Origin: a virus
Length of the DNA stretch: 64,000 nucleotides
Direction: 5' to 3' (one strand)
IMG/VR virus record: IMGVR_UViG_3300045988_098585
The position numbers were made by a program, and so were the translations under genes. Of this stretch, positions 50,861 to 59,249 are shown piece by piece. The notes below the pieces were generated by a model, which saw only the letters and a list, made by a program, of their open reading frames with translations, was not told where the DNA came from and did not search any database. Positions within the stretch are counted from its first letter, which is position 1. Every line of letters begins with the position of its first letter.

Positions 50861-51559
50861 ATGGAAAAAAATAAAGATTTACCAAAAGAGGAGCAGCTTC
50901 GGATGGTGCTACGTAACTACGACAAAAAGCAATCCGAGTGTGATTCTCTCAAGAAAGAAAACGCAGAGTTGAAAAAACGACTTGAAGTCAAAGAAAAGCA
51001 TTTCAAGGAAGAATTAGAGAAGAAGGATATTCTTTATACGAACATGCTCAAACACTTCAACGAGAAAAAGAATATCGATGGGGAAGATTGGGAGCATCAG
51101 TATAAAGTTCTCAGAACCCAATACTTACAACGTGGAGAGAAAGTTACCAGTCAGGCAAACAAAATCTCAAAACTTACAAGCGAGTTACAAAAAACGAAGA
51201 ATATTTTAGATTCCGTTAGGGGTACTATTTTCCGCACATACAACAAAATTGAAGATTTCTGCTCAGATGCTATTGCCGGTCATGAGGAAATAACACCAAA
51301 GAAGGAAGAAGAGATAACGATATATGGTATTAATGCCGAAATGAGCACGCAAGAAAGGAAATTTATATGCTATGTGCGTGAACTTATTGAAAGCTTTAGA
51401 AAAAACGGCTCTCTTAGAGGTATCGCCATGATAGGAAGAGGGTATGGTGTCAGCACCCTAACTAAGGAACAATTCTTTAGATTTGGATTGCACGAGGACA
51501 AAGAGTTTACGGACGAATACCTCCTTGGATTGTACGAAAAGGCAAAAAAACATTTGTAA
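50861..51559 (+). CDS. coiled-coil protein
   Basis: 232-aa ORF with a long heptad-rich N-terminal half. Confidence 0.5.
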   Translation: MEKNKDLPKEEQLRMVLRNYDKKQSECDSLKKENAELKKRLEVKEKHFKEELEKKDILYTNMLKHFNEKKNIDGEDWEHQYKVLRTQYLQRGEKVTSQANKISKLTSELQKTKNILDSVRGTIFRTYNKIEDFCSDAIAGHEEITPKKEEEITIYGINAEMSTQERKFICYVRELIESFRKNGSLRGIAMIGRGYGVSTLTKEQFFRFGLHEDKEFTDEYLLGLYEKAKKHL

Positions 51560-51561
51560 TT

Positions 51562-51804
51562 ATGGAAGATATTATAATTAAGCGAGATGGTAATTTCGGC
51601 TTCGACGTGTGGCAAGGAAATAAACACAGTAACCATCTTGGGTATGATGAAATGTTAGGGCTTATTTCAGCCCTAACAATGCCAGAGAACAGACCTTGCC
51701 TTCAATGGATGAAATCTGACGAAGAATGGGAAAAACAATCACAAAGCAGCCTTTATTTGAAGGTATACGTAAATGTGAGATATGTGGTTGCGAGAAGCCG
51801 ATAA
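51562..51804 (+). CDS. hypothetical protein
   Basis: 80-aa ORF. The last ~20 residues look non-protein-like and overlap 51726-51890. Confidence 0.45.
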   Translation: MEDIIIKRDGNFGFDVWQGNKHSNHLGYDEMLGLISALTMPENRPCLQWMKSDEEWEKQSQSSLYLKVYVNVRYVVARSR

Positions 51805-51890
51805 GCGAATTCTCCAAGTCTCACATGTATCGTTGTAAAACTTGTCAATCCGAAATAATGCGTAATATATTCAAAGAAATAAAGAAATGA
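51726..51890 (+). CDS. zinc-ribbon small protein (54 aa)
   Basis: MGKTITKQPLFEGIRKCEICGCEKP..YRCKTCQSEIM.. is in the -1 frame relative to 51562-51804. ATGA overlap with the next gene. Confidence 0.4.
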   Translation: MGKTITKQPLFEGIRKCEICGCEKPISEFSKSHMYRCKTCQSEIMRNIFKEIKK

Positions 51891-52324
51891 AAAATAAATC
51901 AAAGAAATGGTATTTGAAGTATAAAGGGATGATTACTTTCCTGTTGTATCTAACATTTTGTCTATGCGCATATATAAATAGACATTTAAATGCATGTTTG
52001 TTGCTGATGTTGTTATGTACCCTTTGGGCAGTATTAATGTATTGGATGCAAAGCCGCATCAACGATAAACTCGCACAGCATAATGCCGAACTGATGAAGC
52101 GGAACGATGATTTATCAAAGCTGTGTGATGACATAGACAAGGATAGAACTACACGTCGCATCATTTCATATTTCTATCTGTACAAATACCTCAATGCTCA
52201 GAACGATGTCGATTTCTGTAAGCGAAAGATAAATTGTACTGATTATCTTTCTAAAAAAAGATGGTTGGAATTTATGATTGAAACATATACAGGAATACTT
52301 AAAGAAAGAGGGCTGAACGTATGA
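51887..52324 (+). CDS. membrane-anchored coiled-coil protein
   Basis: Two N-terminal TM helices (MITFLLYLTFCLCAYI, LLLMLLCTLWAVLMYW). Confidence 0.5.
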   Translation: MKNKSKKWYLKYKGMITFLLYLTFCLCAYINRHLNACLLLMLLCTLWAVLMYWMQSRINDKLAQHNAELMKRNDDLSKLCDDIDKDRTTRRIISYFYLYKYLNAQNDVDFCKRKINCTDYLSKKRWLEFMIETYTGILKERGLNV

Positions 52325-53073
52325 AAGATGTAGAAATATTCAATGATAGTTTTCAAAATTATAAGACATGGGGTATTCCACATGCGCAACTTATTTTAAC
52401 TGACGTACCCTACGTTCTTGGCAAAAACGCTTATGCCTCCAATCCTGCTTGGTACAAGGATGGTGACAATAAAAACGGAGAAAGTGAGCTGGCTGGTAAG
52501 CAGTTCTTTTCTTCTGACAGTGAGTTTCGCCCTGCCGAATTCATGCACTTCTGTAGCAAGATGCTTATAAAAGAGCCTAAGCAGTCGGGCAAATCACCTT
52601 GTATGATTCTATTTTGTGAGTACGAACAGCAATTTCAGTTTATACAGCTTGGTAAAAAGTACGGACTGATGCACTATATACCCTTGGTGTTCCGTAAAAA
52701 CTTCTCTGCTCAAGTTTTAAAAGCAAATATGAAGGTTGTTGGTAATTGCGAGTATGGTCTTATCCTCTATCGTGATAAATTGCCGAAATTCAATAATAAT
52801 GGGCAAATGATATTCAATTGCTTTGATTGGGTTAGAGATAATTCAACGCCAAAGGTGCATCCTACCCAGAAGCCTGTACCATTGCTCGAAAGGTTGATTG
52901 AAATCTTCACAGATAAAGGGGATGTAGTCATTGACCCATGCGCAGGTTCGGGAACAACTCTTAGAGCTGCTGCGAATTTAGGTCGTAAGGCTTATGGTTT
53001 TGAGGTAAATAAGGAGTTTTTTAGAGGAGCAAAAGAAAAAGTATTATTAAGTATTGAACCAAGACTATTTTAA
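52321..53073 (+). CDS. DNA methyltransferase, beta-class N6-A/N4-C (N6_N4_Mtase-like)
   Basis: Motif IV ILTDVPY precedes HPTQKPVPLLERLI and motif I VIDPCAGSGTT. No cognate nuclease is seen. Confidence 0.85.
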   Translation: MKDVEIFNDSFQNYKTWGIPHAQLILTDVPYVLGKNAYASNPAWYKDGDNKNGESELAGKQFFSSDSEFRPAEFMHFCSKMLIKEPKQSGKSPCMILFCEYEQQFQFIQLGKKYGLMHYIPLVFRKNFSAQVLKANMKVVGNCEYGLILYRDKLPKFNNNGQMIFNCFDWVRDNSTPKVHPTQKPVPLLERLIEIFTDKGDVVIDPCAGSGTTLRAAANLGRKAYGFEVNKEFFRGAKEKVLLSIEPRLF

Positions 53074-53075
53074 TT

Positions 53076-53477
53076 ATGAAGTACGATGAGTTTTTAAAGA
53101 AGGAGTCTGCTCGAAAGTCAAGAGCAACCCCTCGACACGAAGAGTCTCATATACAGATACAGATGGTGAACTGGTTTCGCTTACAATATCCATCATACAT
53201 TATCGCTGCCATCCCCAATGGTGGACGGAGAAATGCAATTGAAGCAAAGATAATGAAAGGAGAGGGTGTGTTGGCTGGTTTTTCTGACCTTATTGTCGTT
53301 GCATTCAATAGTATCCTTTTTGTTGAGGTTAAAACAGAAAAAGGAAAGCAGAGCGCATCACAGAAATGGTTTCAGTCTAATATTGAAAGATTAGGTTTTC
53401 AATACTCTGTTTGTCGTTCTTTGCAAGATTTTCAGTTAACAGTTGAGCGGTGGCTTAAAGCTAAATTTTCCGTGTAA
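53076..53477 (+). CDS. VRR-NUC domain nuclease
   Basis: ..GFSDLIVVAFNSILFVEVKTEKGKQSASQKWF.. is the PD-(D/E)xK core of VRR-NUC. Confidence 0.8.
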   Translation: MKYDEFLKKESARKSRATPRHEESHIQIQMVNWFRLQYPSYIIAAIPNGGRRNAIEAKIMKGEGVLAGFSDLIVVAFNSILFVEVKTEKGKQSASQKWFQSNIERLGFQYSVCRSLQDFQLTVERWLKAKFSV

Positions 53478-53540
53478 TTAATTAAAGAACAACATTTAAG
53501 TCTAAAATAATATTAAATACTAATAGATGTTAATAAGGAA

Positions 53541-53621
53541 GTTGCTTATCTGAAAACAAAATATTAATTTTGCGGTATAATTAATTAATAACAACAATTA
53601 AATTTAGGAGATACAACAATG
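53541..53621 (+). promoter_or_regulatory. promoter-leader cassette, copy B
   Basis: GTTG, 20-nt spacer, TAATTTTG (53565-72), then leader ATTAATAACAACAATTAAATTTAGGAGATACAACAATG. The upstream element 53504-53526 recurs at 63978-64000. Confidence 0.7.
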
Positions 53622-53801
53622 AAAGTTACAATGATTAACGGAAAGGTAGTAGAAGCTAACGTTTTTGATTACGTTGCTCAGATTTACGAAGGTGGTAAAT
53701 GGCAAACGGTTGCCGTTAGCCCAGACTATTCAGAGGTTGAAAAGAAACGTAAAGAGTATGCCGTTAAAGGTTACTATAACAGAATTGAACAACTAAACTA
53801 A
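53619..53801 (+). CDS. hypothetical protein
   Basis: 60 aa. ATG in the TAGGAGATACAACAATG motif. Confidence 0.5.
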   Translation: MKVTMINGKVVEANVFDYVAQIYEGGKWQTVAVSPDYSEVEKKRKEYAVKGYYNRIEQLN

Positions 53802-53826
53802 TTAATAATATATAGGAGATACAACA

Positions 53827-54213
53827 ATGATGACAAAGGAAGAAGAAATCAAGCATCTTGTAGCCTTGATGGGTAAGGGCTGCGGTGACACATACTTCAA
53901 TCAGTTCTTTAGCATCTGCGACATCGAGCGGATGATAGAGAATATCAAAGATGATTTTGCTATCGAGATGGGTTGCTCATTCGTCAAGAAGGCAGAGGTG
54001 CTTGAGAAGAAGTTGCATGAGGAACAGAAAGCCCACGACCAGGATATGCTTGACTTCGTTGAGGAGATGCTTATAACAGAAGCACAGGGTGGCAATTCAC
54101 TCAATGTTGCAATGAAGAAAATCGGAATGGATAACACCATTAAGATAAAGCGCAAGAATAAGATTGCGCTCAGCGAGGAGGAGATTGATTATTTGGTTTC
54201 AAAACTTGATTAA
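53827..54213 (+). CDS. hypothetical protein
   Basis: 128 aa. ATG in the TAGGAGATACAACAATG motif. Confidence 0.5.
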   Translation: MMTKEEEIKHLVALMGKGCGDTYFNQFFSICDIERMIENIKDDFAIEMGCSFVKKAEVLEKKLHEEQKAHDQDMLDFVEEMLITEAQGGNSLNVAMKKIGMDNTIKIKRKNKIALSEEEIDYLVSKLD

Positions 54214-54232
54214 CAAATAAGGAGATACAATA

Positions 54233-54463
54233 ATGATTACAATTATCAACAGATATACTGGCGAGGTTATTACTAAGTACTCTGGGGCTTTGGTTAGCGA
54301 ATCAAATGTTGATTCTTTCGTCGCTAACGTAAAGGGTTCAGGTACGTTCAGAGGACGTTGGAATGCTATCGTGGAAGTATTCATTCCTCTGAAAGGCTTG
54401 AATGCAACGCAATGCCTTCTTAAAAGCCAATATGCGGTAAAAGAATGCATGGATAAGAAATAA
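54233..54463 (+). CDS. hypothetical protein
   Basis: 76 aa, preceded by AAGGAGATACAATAATG. Confidence 0.5.
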   Translation: MITIINRYTGEVITKYSGALVSESNVDSFVANVKGSGTFRGRWNAIVEVFIPLKGLNATQCLLKSQYAVKECMDKK

Positions 54464-54490
54464 TTAATTTTAAATATAGGAGATACAGTT

Positions 54491-54703
54491 ATGGCATTAG
54501 CAGTTTCATGTCACGGAGTTAAGAAGCTTGTTGAGGATATTAACAAGCTGTACGGAAAGCATATTGTAACCGCAAAATTACAGAAAGACGGATGGGTCAT
54601 CCTTGTAGGAGAGGAAATCCGAATTATGTCGAGGCCTTGTGAAGCGGTTCAATTCCTTGATGGATTGAAATGTATGGCCAAGATTATGAAAGATAGTTTT
54701 TAA
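54491..54703 (+). CDS. hypothetical protein
   Basis: 70 aa, preceded by TAGGAGATACAGTTATG. Confidence 0.5.
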   Translation: MALAVSCHGVKKLVEDINKLYGKHIVTAKLQKDGWVILVGEEIRIMSRPCEAVQFLDGLKCMAKIMKDSF

Positions 54704-54713
54704 TTTAACAATC

Positions 54714-54733
54714 GGGCAGCGTAATTGCTGCCC
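54714..54733 (+). repeat. intergenic stem-loop GGGCAGC-GTAATT-GCTGCCC
   Basis: 7-bp GC stem, 11 nt after the stop of 54491-54703. Confidence 0.5.
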
Positions 54734-54756
54734 ATAAAGATAGGAGATACAATATA

Positions 54757-55053
54757 ATGGAAAATGTAGTAAAATTTGATATGTGTAGCAATGAAAAGGT
54801 AAGACAAGAAATAGCCAATCACCCAAATTATAAGGTTAGATGGATGGCTGGTTTTGCTTGGAAAGGTGCTGGTAGCAGAGAACTTAAACGTGAGGGTGAG
54901 CGAAAAATTTATTGTCCTGGAGGTTGGTTTGTTGGAACTTTCGAAGATGAACTGAATCGTTGCTTAAATTGGGCTTGCGCTCAGGATATAGAGATTAACC
55001 ATGATAAGAAGGAAATCTTTATCAATGGTTTTAGTGAAAATGATATGCTTTAA
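54757..55053 (+). CDS. hypothetical protein
   Basis: 98 aa, preceded by TAGGAGATACAATATAATG. Confidence 0.5.
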   Translation: MENVVKFDMCSNEKVRQEIANHPNYKVRWMAGFAWKGAGSRELKREGERKIYCPGGWFVGTFEDELNRCLNWACAQDIEINHDKKEIFINGFSENDML

Positions 55054-55064
55054 AATATAGTCTT

Positions 55065-55664
55065 ATGTTTGTAGAATTTAAGAACTTAAACGTAGCATTC
55101 GGGAAGGAGTTTCCTTTAGCTTATGTTTATTTTACCAAATACAACGGTGAGCGTTTTTTAAAAGAACAGGGTGTAGCTTTATCTGGCTCATTCGTCAGCT
55201 TTATTCCACTTATTGCAATCGTTGATAACGTGACACGGAAAGTGAGCAGTGAGATTTTCTTTACTAATTATCGCATTCTTAATGAAGAAGAAGAGAAAGA
55301 TGCCTTAGATACTCTTAAACGAAGTAATCTTACTATTAACAATAAAGGTAACATTTCCTTCCTTGATTATAAGCAGATATGTTTTGAGGTGGATGGAAAT
55401 ATCCTTCCTTACGATGACTTCTGTAAGTATGAACTACCAAAAGGAAAGGTGTTCAAAACAGTCTTTGATAACGGCTATTCTTACTACGGTTCATATCCTT
55501 TTAAGGGTGATGCGAAGAAATATGCCGATACGGCTATCAGTGTTGCCGAGAAAGTCGGTTATCTTTGGGGCGGTTGGACTATGGGCTTTAGTCTTAATAA
55601 CCTTCTTTGCGTAGATGTTTCTTATGGGAAGGATGAAAGCTATTCTGAGGTTTCTAATACATAA
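55065..55664 (+). CDS. hypothetical protein
   Basis: 199-aa ORF. Confidence 0.5.
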   Translation: MFVEFKNLNVAFGKEFPLAYVYFTKYNGERFLKEQGVALSGSFVSFIPLIAIVDNVTRKVSSEIFFTNYRILNEEEEKDALDTLKRSNLTINNKGNISFLDYKQICFEVDGNILPYDDFCKYELPKGKVFKTVFDNGYSYYGSYPFKGDAKKYADTAISVAEKVGYLWGGWTMGFSLNNLLCVDVSYGKDESYSEVSNT

Positions 55665-55669
55665 TAGAT

Positions 55670-56020
55670 ATGGAAGATAAGAAATTTATTATCGAAGCTC
55701 ACGGAGAAGCACCTTACGCTTTGCGCATAAACGAGGGTTATGAGCTTGTAAGTAACGATAGGACTATGCGCCTTTTAATCGGTAAAGTGTCATACACTGA
55801 TGATGATACAGGTCAGCAGGGTAGTATCTTTAGAGTTGCATGTTTTGTTCGTGAGGATGGCGGTTGGATAAAGACAAGCGAAGAATCTCTTACAAAGACC
55901 ATAACGGACTACGTCAAGCAACTGAATAAATCTTTGCAATTCACGAAGGCTGTGAAGGAGTATAGAGAACAGATGGATATATCCGACCAGTGGTCAACAC
56001 AGAATATGCGATTAGAATGA
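55670..56020 (+). CDS. hypothetical protein
   Basis: 116-aa ORF. Confidence 0.5.
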   Translation: MEDKKFIIEAHGEAPYALRINEGYELVSNDRTMRLLIGKVSYTDDDTGQQGSIFRVACFVREDGGWIKTSEESLTKTITDYVKQLNKSLQFTKAVKEYREQMDISDQWSTQNMRLE

Positions 56021-56095
56021 GTTTTATTTTATTCATGTCATCACTATGCGTTATAAGCATAGTATTGATACATTTTCTTCATCGTGAAAGATAAT

Positions 56096-56950
56096 ATGAT
56101 TATGAAAGATATGTTAACTAATAACAATCGAGCAACCGACAGTTCGATAGTTTCGCCAAGGCGAATACAGGTCGAGGTCTGCGGTTATAAATCAATAATT
56201 AATGTTCCATATGATATGTCAGAAGAGCGGTTGCAAGAAGCCCTTGATAATGCCTATTCGATGCTCGTTCAAAGCTGCTATATGGAATATATCCTTGCGG
56301 ATAATTTTCTTATCATTGCCAAAGATATATTCGTTAGGAAAAAGATATTTCGCTTTAATATTAAAAAGTTTTTCGTTGATTGTCAGTCTGATATAAGAAA
56401 AACAATGAAAATATACAAGATGCACATGGATGACGATTATTATGATGAATATTCGTCAATTCTATACGGAAAGGTATCTGATGTGATTGAACATATGCGT
56501 AAACTCATTGAGGATAAGCTCAGAAACCTTCATTCTAAATGCAATCCGTATATAGCTTCTTATGCAATAATGATGCAAAACCTTGTACAGCAAGTTGATG
56601 ATACTTACAAGAATGTAATGGATTCGTTAAAGAAAAGATATAATGTTGACCTGTCAAAGGTATTCGATAAATACCGCTCTCGGCTTGCCTTTACAATGGT
56701 AGACAACCTTTTGTATGCAATTATGCAGAGTGATGCTGATAAGTTCACAGACAATATTGTCAATAATAAGAAGATACTTGCTCTGTGGTCAGAGGTAACC
56801 AAGCGATTGTATAGCCCAAAGAATCTGAAAGAGGCTCGCTTGTCGGCTTTCTATAGTATGCCGAAAGAGTATCAATCTTTGTACACCCTGAATGAGGATG
56901 GCACTTGCGAGCCAAAGGAGGGTGTATCTAAATGGAAGAAAGGAGCGTAG
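56096..56950 (+). CDS. hypothetical protein
   Basis: The track start 56084 is a GTG. The first ATG is at 56096. Confidence 0.5.
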   Translation: MIMKDMLTNNNRATDSSIVSPRRIQVEVCGYKSIINVPYDMSEERLQEALDNAYSMLVQSCYMEYILADNFLIIAKDIFVRKKIFRFNIKKFFVDCQSDIRKTMKIYKMHMDDDYYDEYSSILYGKVSDVIEHMRKLIEDKLRNLHSKCNPYIASYAIMMQNLVQQVDDTYKNVMDSLKKRYNVDLSKVFDKYRSRLAFTMVDNLLYAIMQSDADKFTDNIVNNKKILALWSEVTKRLYSPKNLKEARLSAFYSMPKEYQSLYTLNEDGTCEPKEGVSKWKKGA

Positions 56951-56953
56951 GGT

Positions 56954-57121
56954 ATGGATAGAGAAGATATGCGTAAGCTGATTTCGTGGGGTAATGAATG
57001 CTCTAAGTACACAAAGAAGAAGCTATCTGAGATAACTGTTCAAGAATGCCTTGATTTTTGTCACTTTATGATATGGAATAAGCATAACTTTGCCCCACCA
57101 ATTATATACTATAAGAGTTAG
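56954..57121 (+). CDS. hypothetical small protein (55 aa)
   Basis: MDREDMRKLISWGNECSKYTKKKLSEITVQECLDFCHFMIWNK.. is below the track cutoff. Confidence 0.35.
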   Translation: MDREDMRKLISWGNECSKYTKKKLSEITVQECLDFCHFMIWNKHNFAPPIIYYKS

Positions 57122-57155
57122 ATTCTCATTTTATCTTAATATATGTTGTATCTCT

Positions 57156-57183
57156 GGGAGTGGCGGTTTCGGCTGCTGCTCCC
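57156..57183 (+). terminator. GC-rich hairpin (GGGAG..CTCCC)
   Basis: GGGAGTGGCGGTTTCGGCTGCTGCTCCC followed by TTCT. Confidence 0.4.
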
Positions 57184-57214
57184 TTCTAAAAGAAAAAATT
57201 AAATTAAAAAGTAT

Positions 57215-57940
57215 ATGGAAGAAATAATCAAAATTACTGAGCATAACGGCAAACGTGCTGTCAATGCAAGAGAACTACATCAGTTCTTGGAGAGCAAATA
57301 TCAGTTTGCTAATTGGATTCAAGAAAGAATCACTAAATATGGTTTTGTTGAAAATCAGGATTATGAGGTTTTTAAGGAAAATCTTAAAAACTCAAATGGA
57401 GGAAGACCGCAAACAGAATATGCCCTTTCCGTTGATATGGCAAAGGAGCTTTCAATGGTAGAAAACAACGAGAAAGGTCGCCTTGCACGCAAATACTTTA
57501 TTGAGTGTGAGAAGATAGCAAGAGAAGTAGCTATGGCTTCCTATCAGATAGAGGACCCCATCAAGCGTGCTGAGCGTTGGATTGAAGAGCAGAAAGAAAA
57601 GAAAGCACTCGAAGCAAAGAACCTTGAAATGCAACCAAAGGCGCATTACTTCGATGAGCTTGTTGAACGCTCCCTGCTTACAGGTTTTCGTGATACCGCA
57701 AAGGAACTTGGCTTAAAGCAGTCTGAGTTTATCAAAATTCTTATTGATAGGGGATATATCTATCGTACTCCAAAAGGCGAGCTAAGACCGATTGCTAAAT
57801 ATACAAATGATTTATTTGAATTAAAAGACTTTAAGAGCATAAGCAGCGACCACGCAGGGGTGCGGACTTGGATAACCGTCAAAGGGAAGAAGGTTTTTCA
57901 GTTGTTGTTTGGGAGGAAACAACCTATTAGAAACGATTAG
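57215..57940 (+). CDS. antirepressor (AntA/AntB N-terminal + KilAC C-terminal domains)
   Basis: ..ELHQFLESKYQFANWIQERITKYGFVENQDYEVF..GGRPQTEYALSVDMAKELSMVE.. is AntA-like. ..HYFDELVERSLLTGFRDTAKELGLKQSEFIK.. is KilAC-like. Confidence 0.8.
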   Translation: MEEIIKITEHNGKRAVNARELHQFLESKYQFANWIQERITKYGFVENQDYEVFKENLKNSNGGRPQTEYALSVDMAKELSMVENNEKGRLARKYFIECEKIAREVAMASYQIEDPIKRAERWIEEQKEKKALEAKNLEMQPKAHYFDELVERSLLTGFRDTAKELGLKQSEFIKILIDRGYIYRTPKGELRPIAKYTNDLFELKDFKSISSDHAGVRTWITVKGKKVFQLLFGRKQPIRND

Positions 57941-58004
57941 AAATAATAGTTTTCTTTAGCAAACCTATTAAGTTCTATTAATAACCTATTTTTGTGGGGA
58001 AAAA

Positions 58005-58036
58005 TTTGGTAGTTCGCAGATTTCTTTTTAATTTTG
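58005..58036 (+). promoter_or_regulatory. promoter (-33 TTTG / -7 TAATTTTG) for the second antirepressor
   Basis: TTTG 58005-08, 20-nt spacer, TAATTTTG 58029-36 within TTTTTAATTTTGCGGC. Followed by a leader of about 225 nt. Confidence 0.6.
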
Positions 58037-58268
58037 CGGCGTTCAATAAATAATTGTGGCGAGGTTGGAAGCTCTGCCGCATCAAGGTAGGGCATTTTTT
58101 ATGCTCGCTTCTTAATGGATTACGATATACGTGTATCGCTCCCCTTGGGTGTATTGTAATGGTGCATCCGTGCTTTCCACAATTAGGCATTGAACAAAGG
58201 GGTAAAGCGGTACACTCTTTTTGTTGTATCAACCCCACAAGTTGTTAATGTTCAAAAATAATTGTAAG

Positions 58269-59060
58269 ATGAACGATGTGCAAATTTTTAACTCTCCTAT
58301 GTTTGGAGACCTCCGTGTTGTTCGGGATGAGAAAGGCGAACTGCTTTTCTGTCTAAAGGATGTTTGTAATTCACTCGAATTACAAGTTACAAAGGTAAAG
58401 GATAGACTTACCCCCTTCCTCCCTACTATTAAGGTAGGGGTAGTAACTGGCAAGAAGTCTGATGGTTCAGATTCTATTCAGTATATAGATATGTACTTTG
58501 TTACAGAGCCAGACCTTTATCGTTGTATTTTCCAATCTCGCAAGTCTTCCGCTCGCAAGTTCCAAGATTGGGTTTTTGATGAGGTTCTTCCAGCTCTTCG
58601 AAAAGATGGTGGCTATATCGTTTCAACCGATGAAGATACCGAGGAAGACATCATTGCTCGTGGTCTTATCGCTGCGAAGGCAGCACTATCACGTAAAGAG
58701 CAGCGTGTTCGTGAGCTTGAAGCTCAGACCGAACAGCAGGCGCAGACCATCGGCATTCAGCAGAAAGAATTGACTGTAGCCGCACCAAAGGTAAAGTACT
58801 ACGATGATACACTTGCATCAACGGACTGCCTTACCACCACACAGGTTGCTGACGACCTTGGCATCAGCGCAAAAGCACTTAATCAGCAGCTCGCCAATGC
58901 AGGTATTCAATACTTCCAATCAGGTTCTTGGCATTTGAAGGGTGTGTTCCGTGAGTGGAAGCTTGCAAGTACAAGAACCTATAATTATATCAAGGGTGAT
59001 GGTTCTACGGGTACAAAGGTAAACCTCGTATGGAATCAACGTGGCAAGCGTTTTATCTGA
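58269..59060 (+). pseudogene. Bro-N/KilAC antirepressor, C-terminally truncated by the IS21 insertion
   Basis: Start trimmed to MNDVQIFNSPMFGDLRVV (Bro-N). KilAC-like ..YYDDTLASTDCLTTTQVADDLGISAKALNQQL.. The stop TGA (59058-60) is the first 3 nt of the IS. The last 32 codons lie at 61692-61790. Confidence 0.8.
59051..59057 (+). repeat. target-site duplication TTTTATC (left)
   Basis: The identical heptamer directly flanks the other IS end at 61685-61691. Confidence 0.8.
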
Positions 59061-59175
59061 CAGTATCGGCGATTCGGTACCACTATAGCGCATGAATCGG
59101 TACCATCATAGCACTGCATTCGGTACCATCGTATCACTTGAATCGGTACCATCATAGCGCACCAATCGGTACCAA
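59058..59175 (+). repeat. IS left end: 5 copies of TCGGTACCA phased every 23 bp
   Basis: Copies start at 59074, 59097, 59120, 59143 and 59166. Confidence 0.85.
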
Positions 59176-59214
59176 AAAGATGTAAAGTTCTGCTCATGTA
59201 AAATAATAACCGCC

Positions 59215-59222
59215 TATCTTTG
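59215..59222 (+). promoter_or_regulatory. -7 box TATCTTTG for istA
   Basis: CCTATCTTTGCAAT, with the box ending 27 nt upstream of ATG 59250. Confidence 0.5.
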
Positions 59223-59249
59223 CAATAGAATTTTAAATTTTGCATAGAT

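Noticed and set aside
57978-58248. ORFs 57978-58238 (-) and 58054-58248 (+) upstream of the second antirepressor.
   Set aside because: They overlap each other on opposite strands, lie in the promoter/leader region, and encode Cys/Arg/Pro-rich strings. They are better explained as a non-coding structured leader.
59058-59175. Mini CRISPR-like array of 9-bp repeats with a regular 23-bp period.
   Set aside because: The repeats are far too short. They recur in inverted orientation at the other end of an istA/istB element and match the multiple terminal repeats typical of the IS21 family. No cas genes are present.
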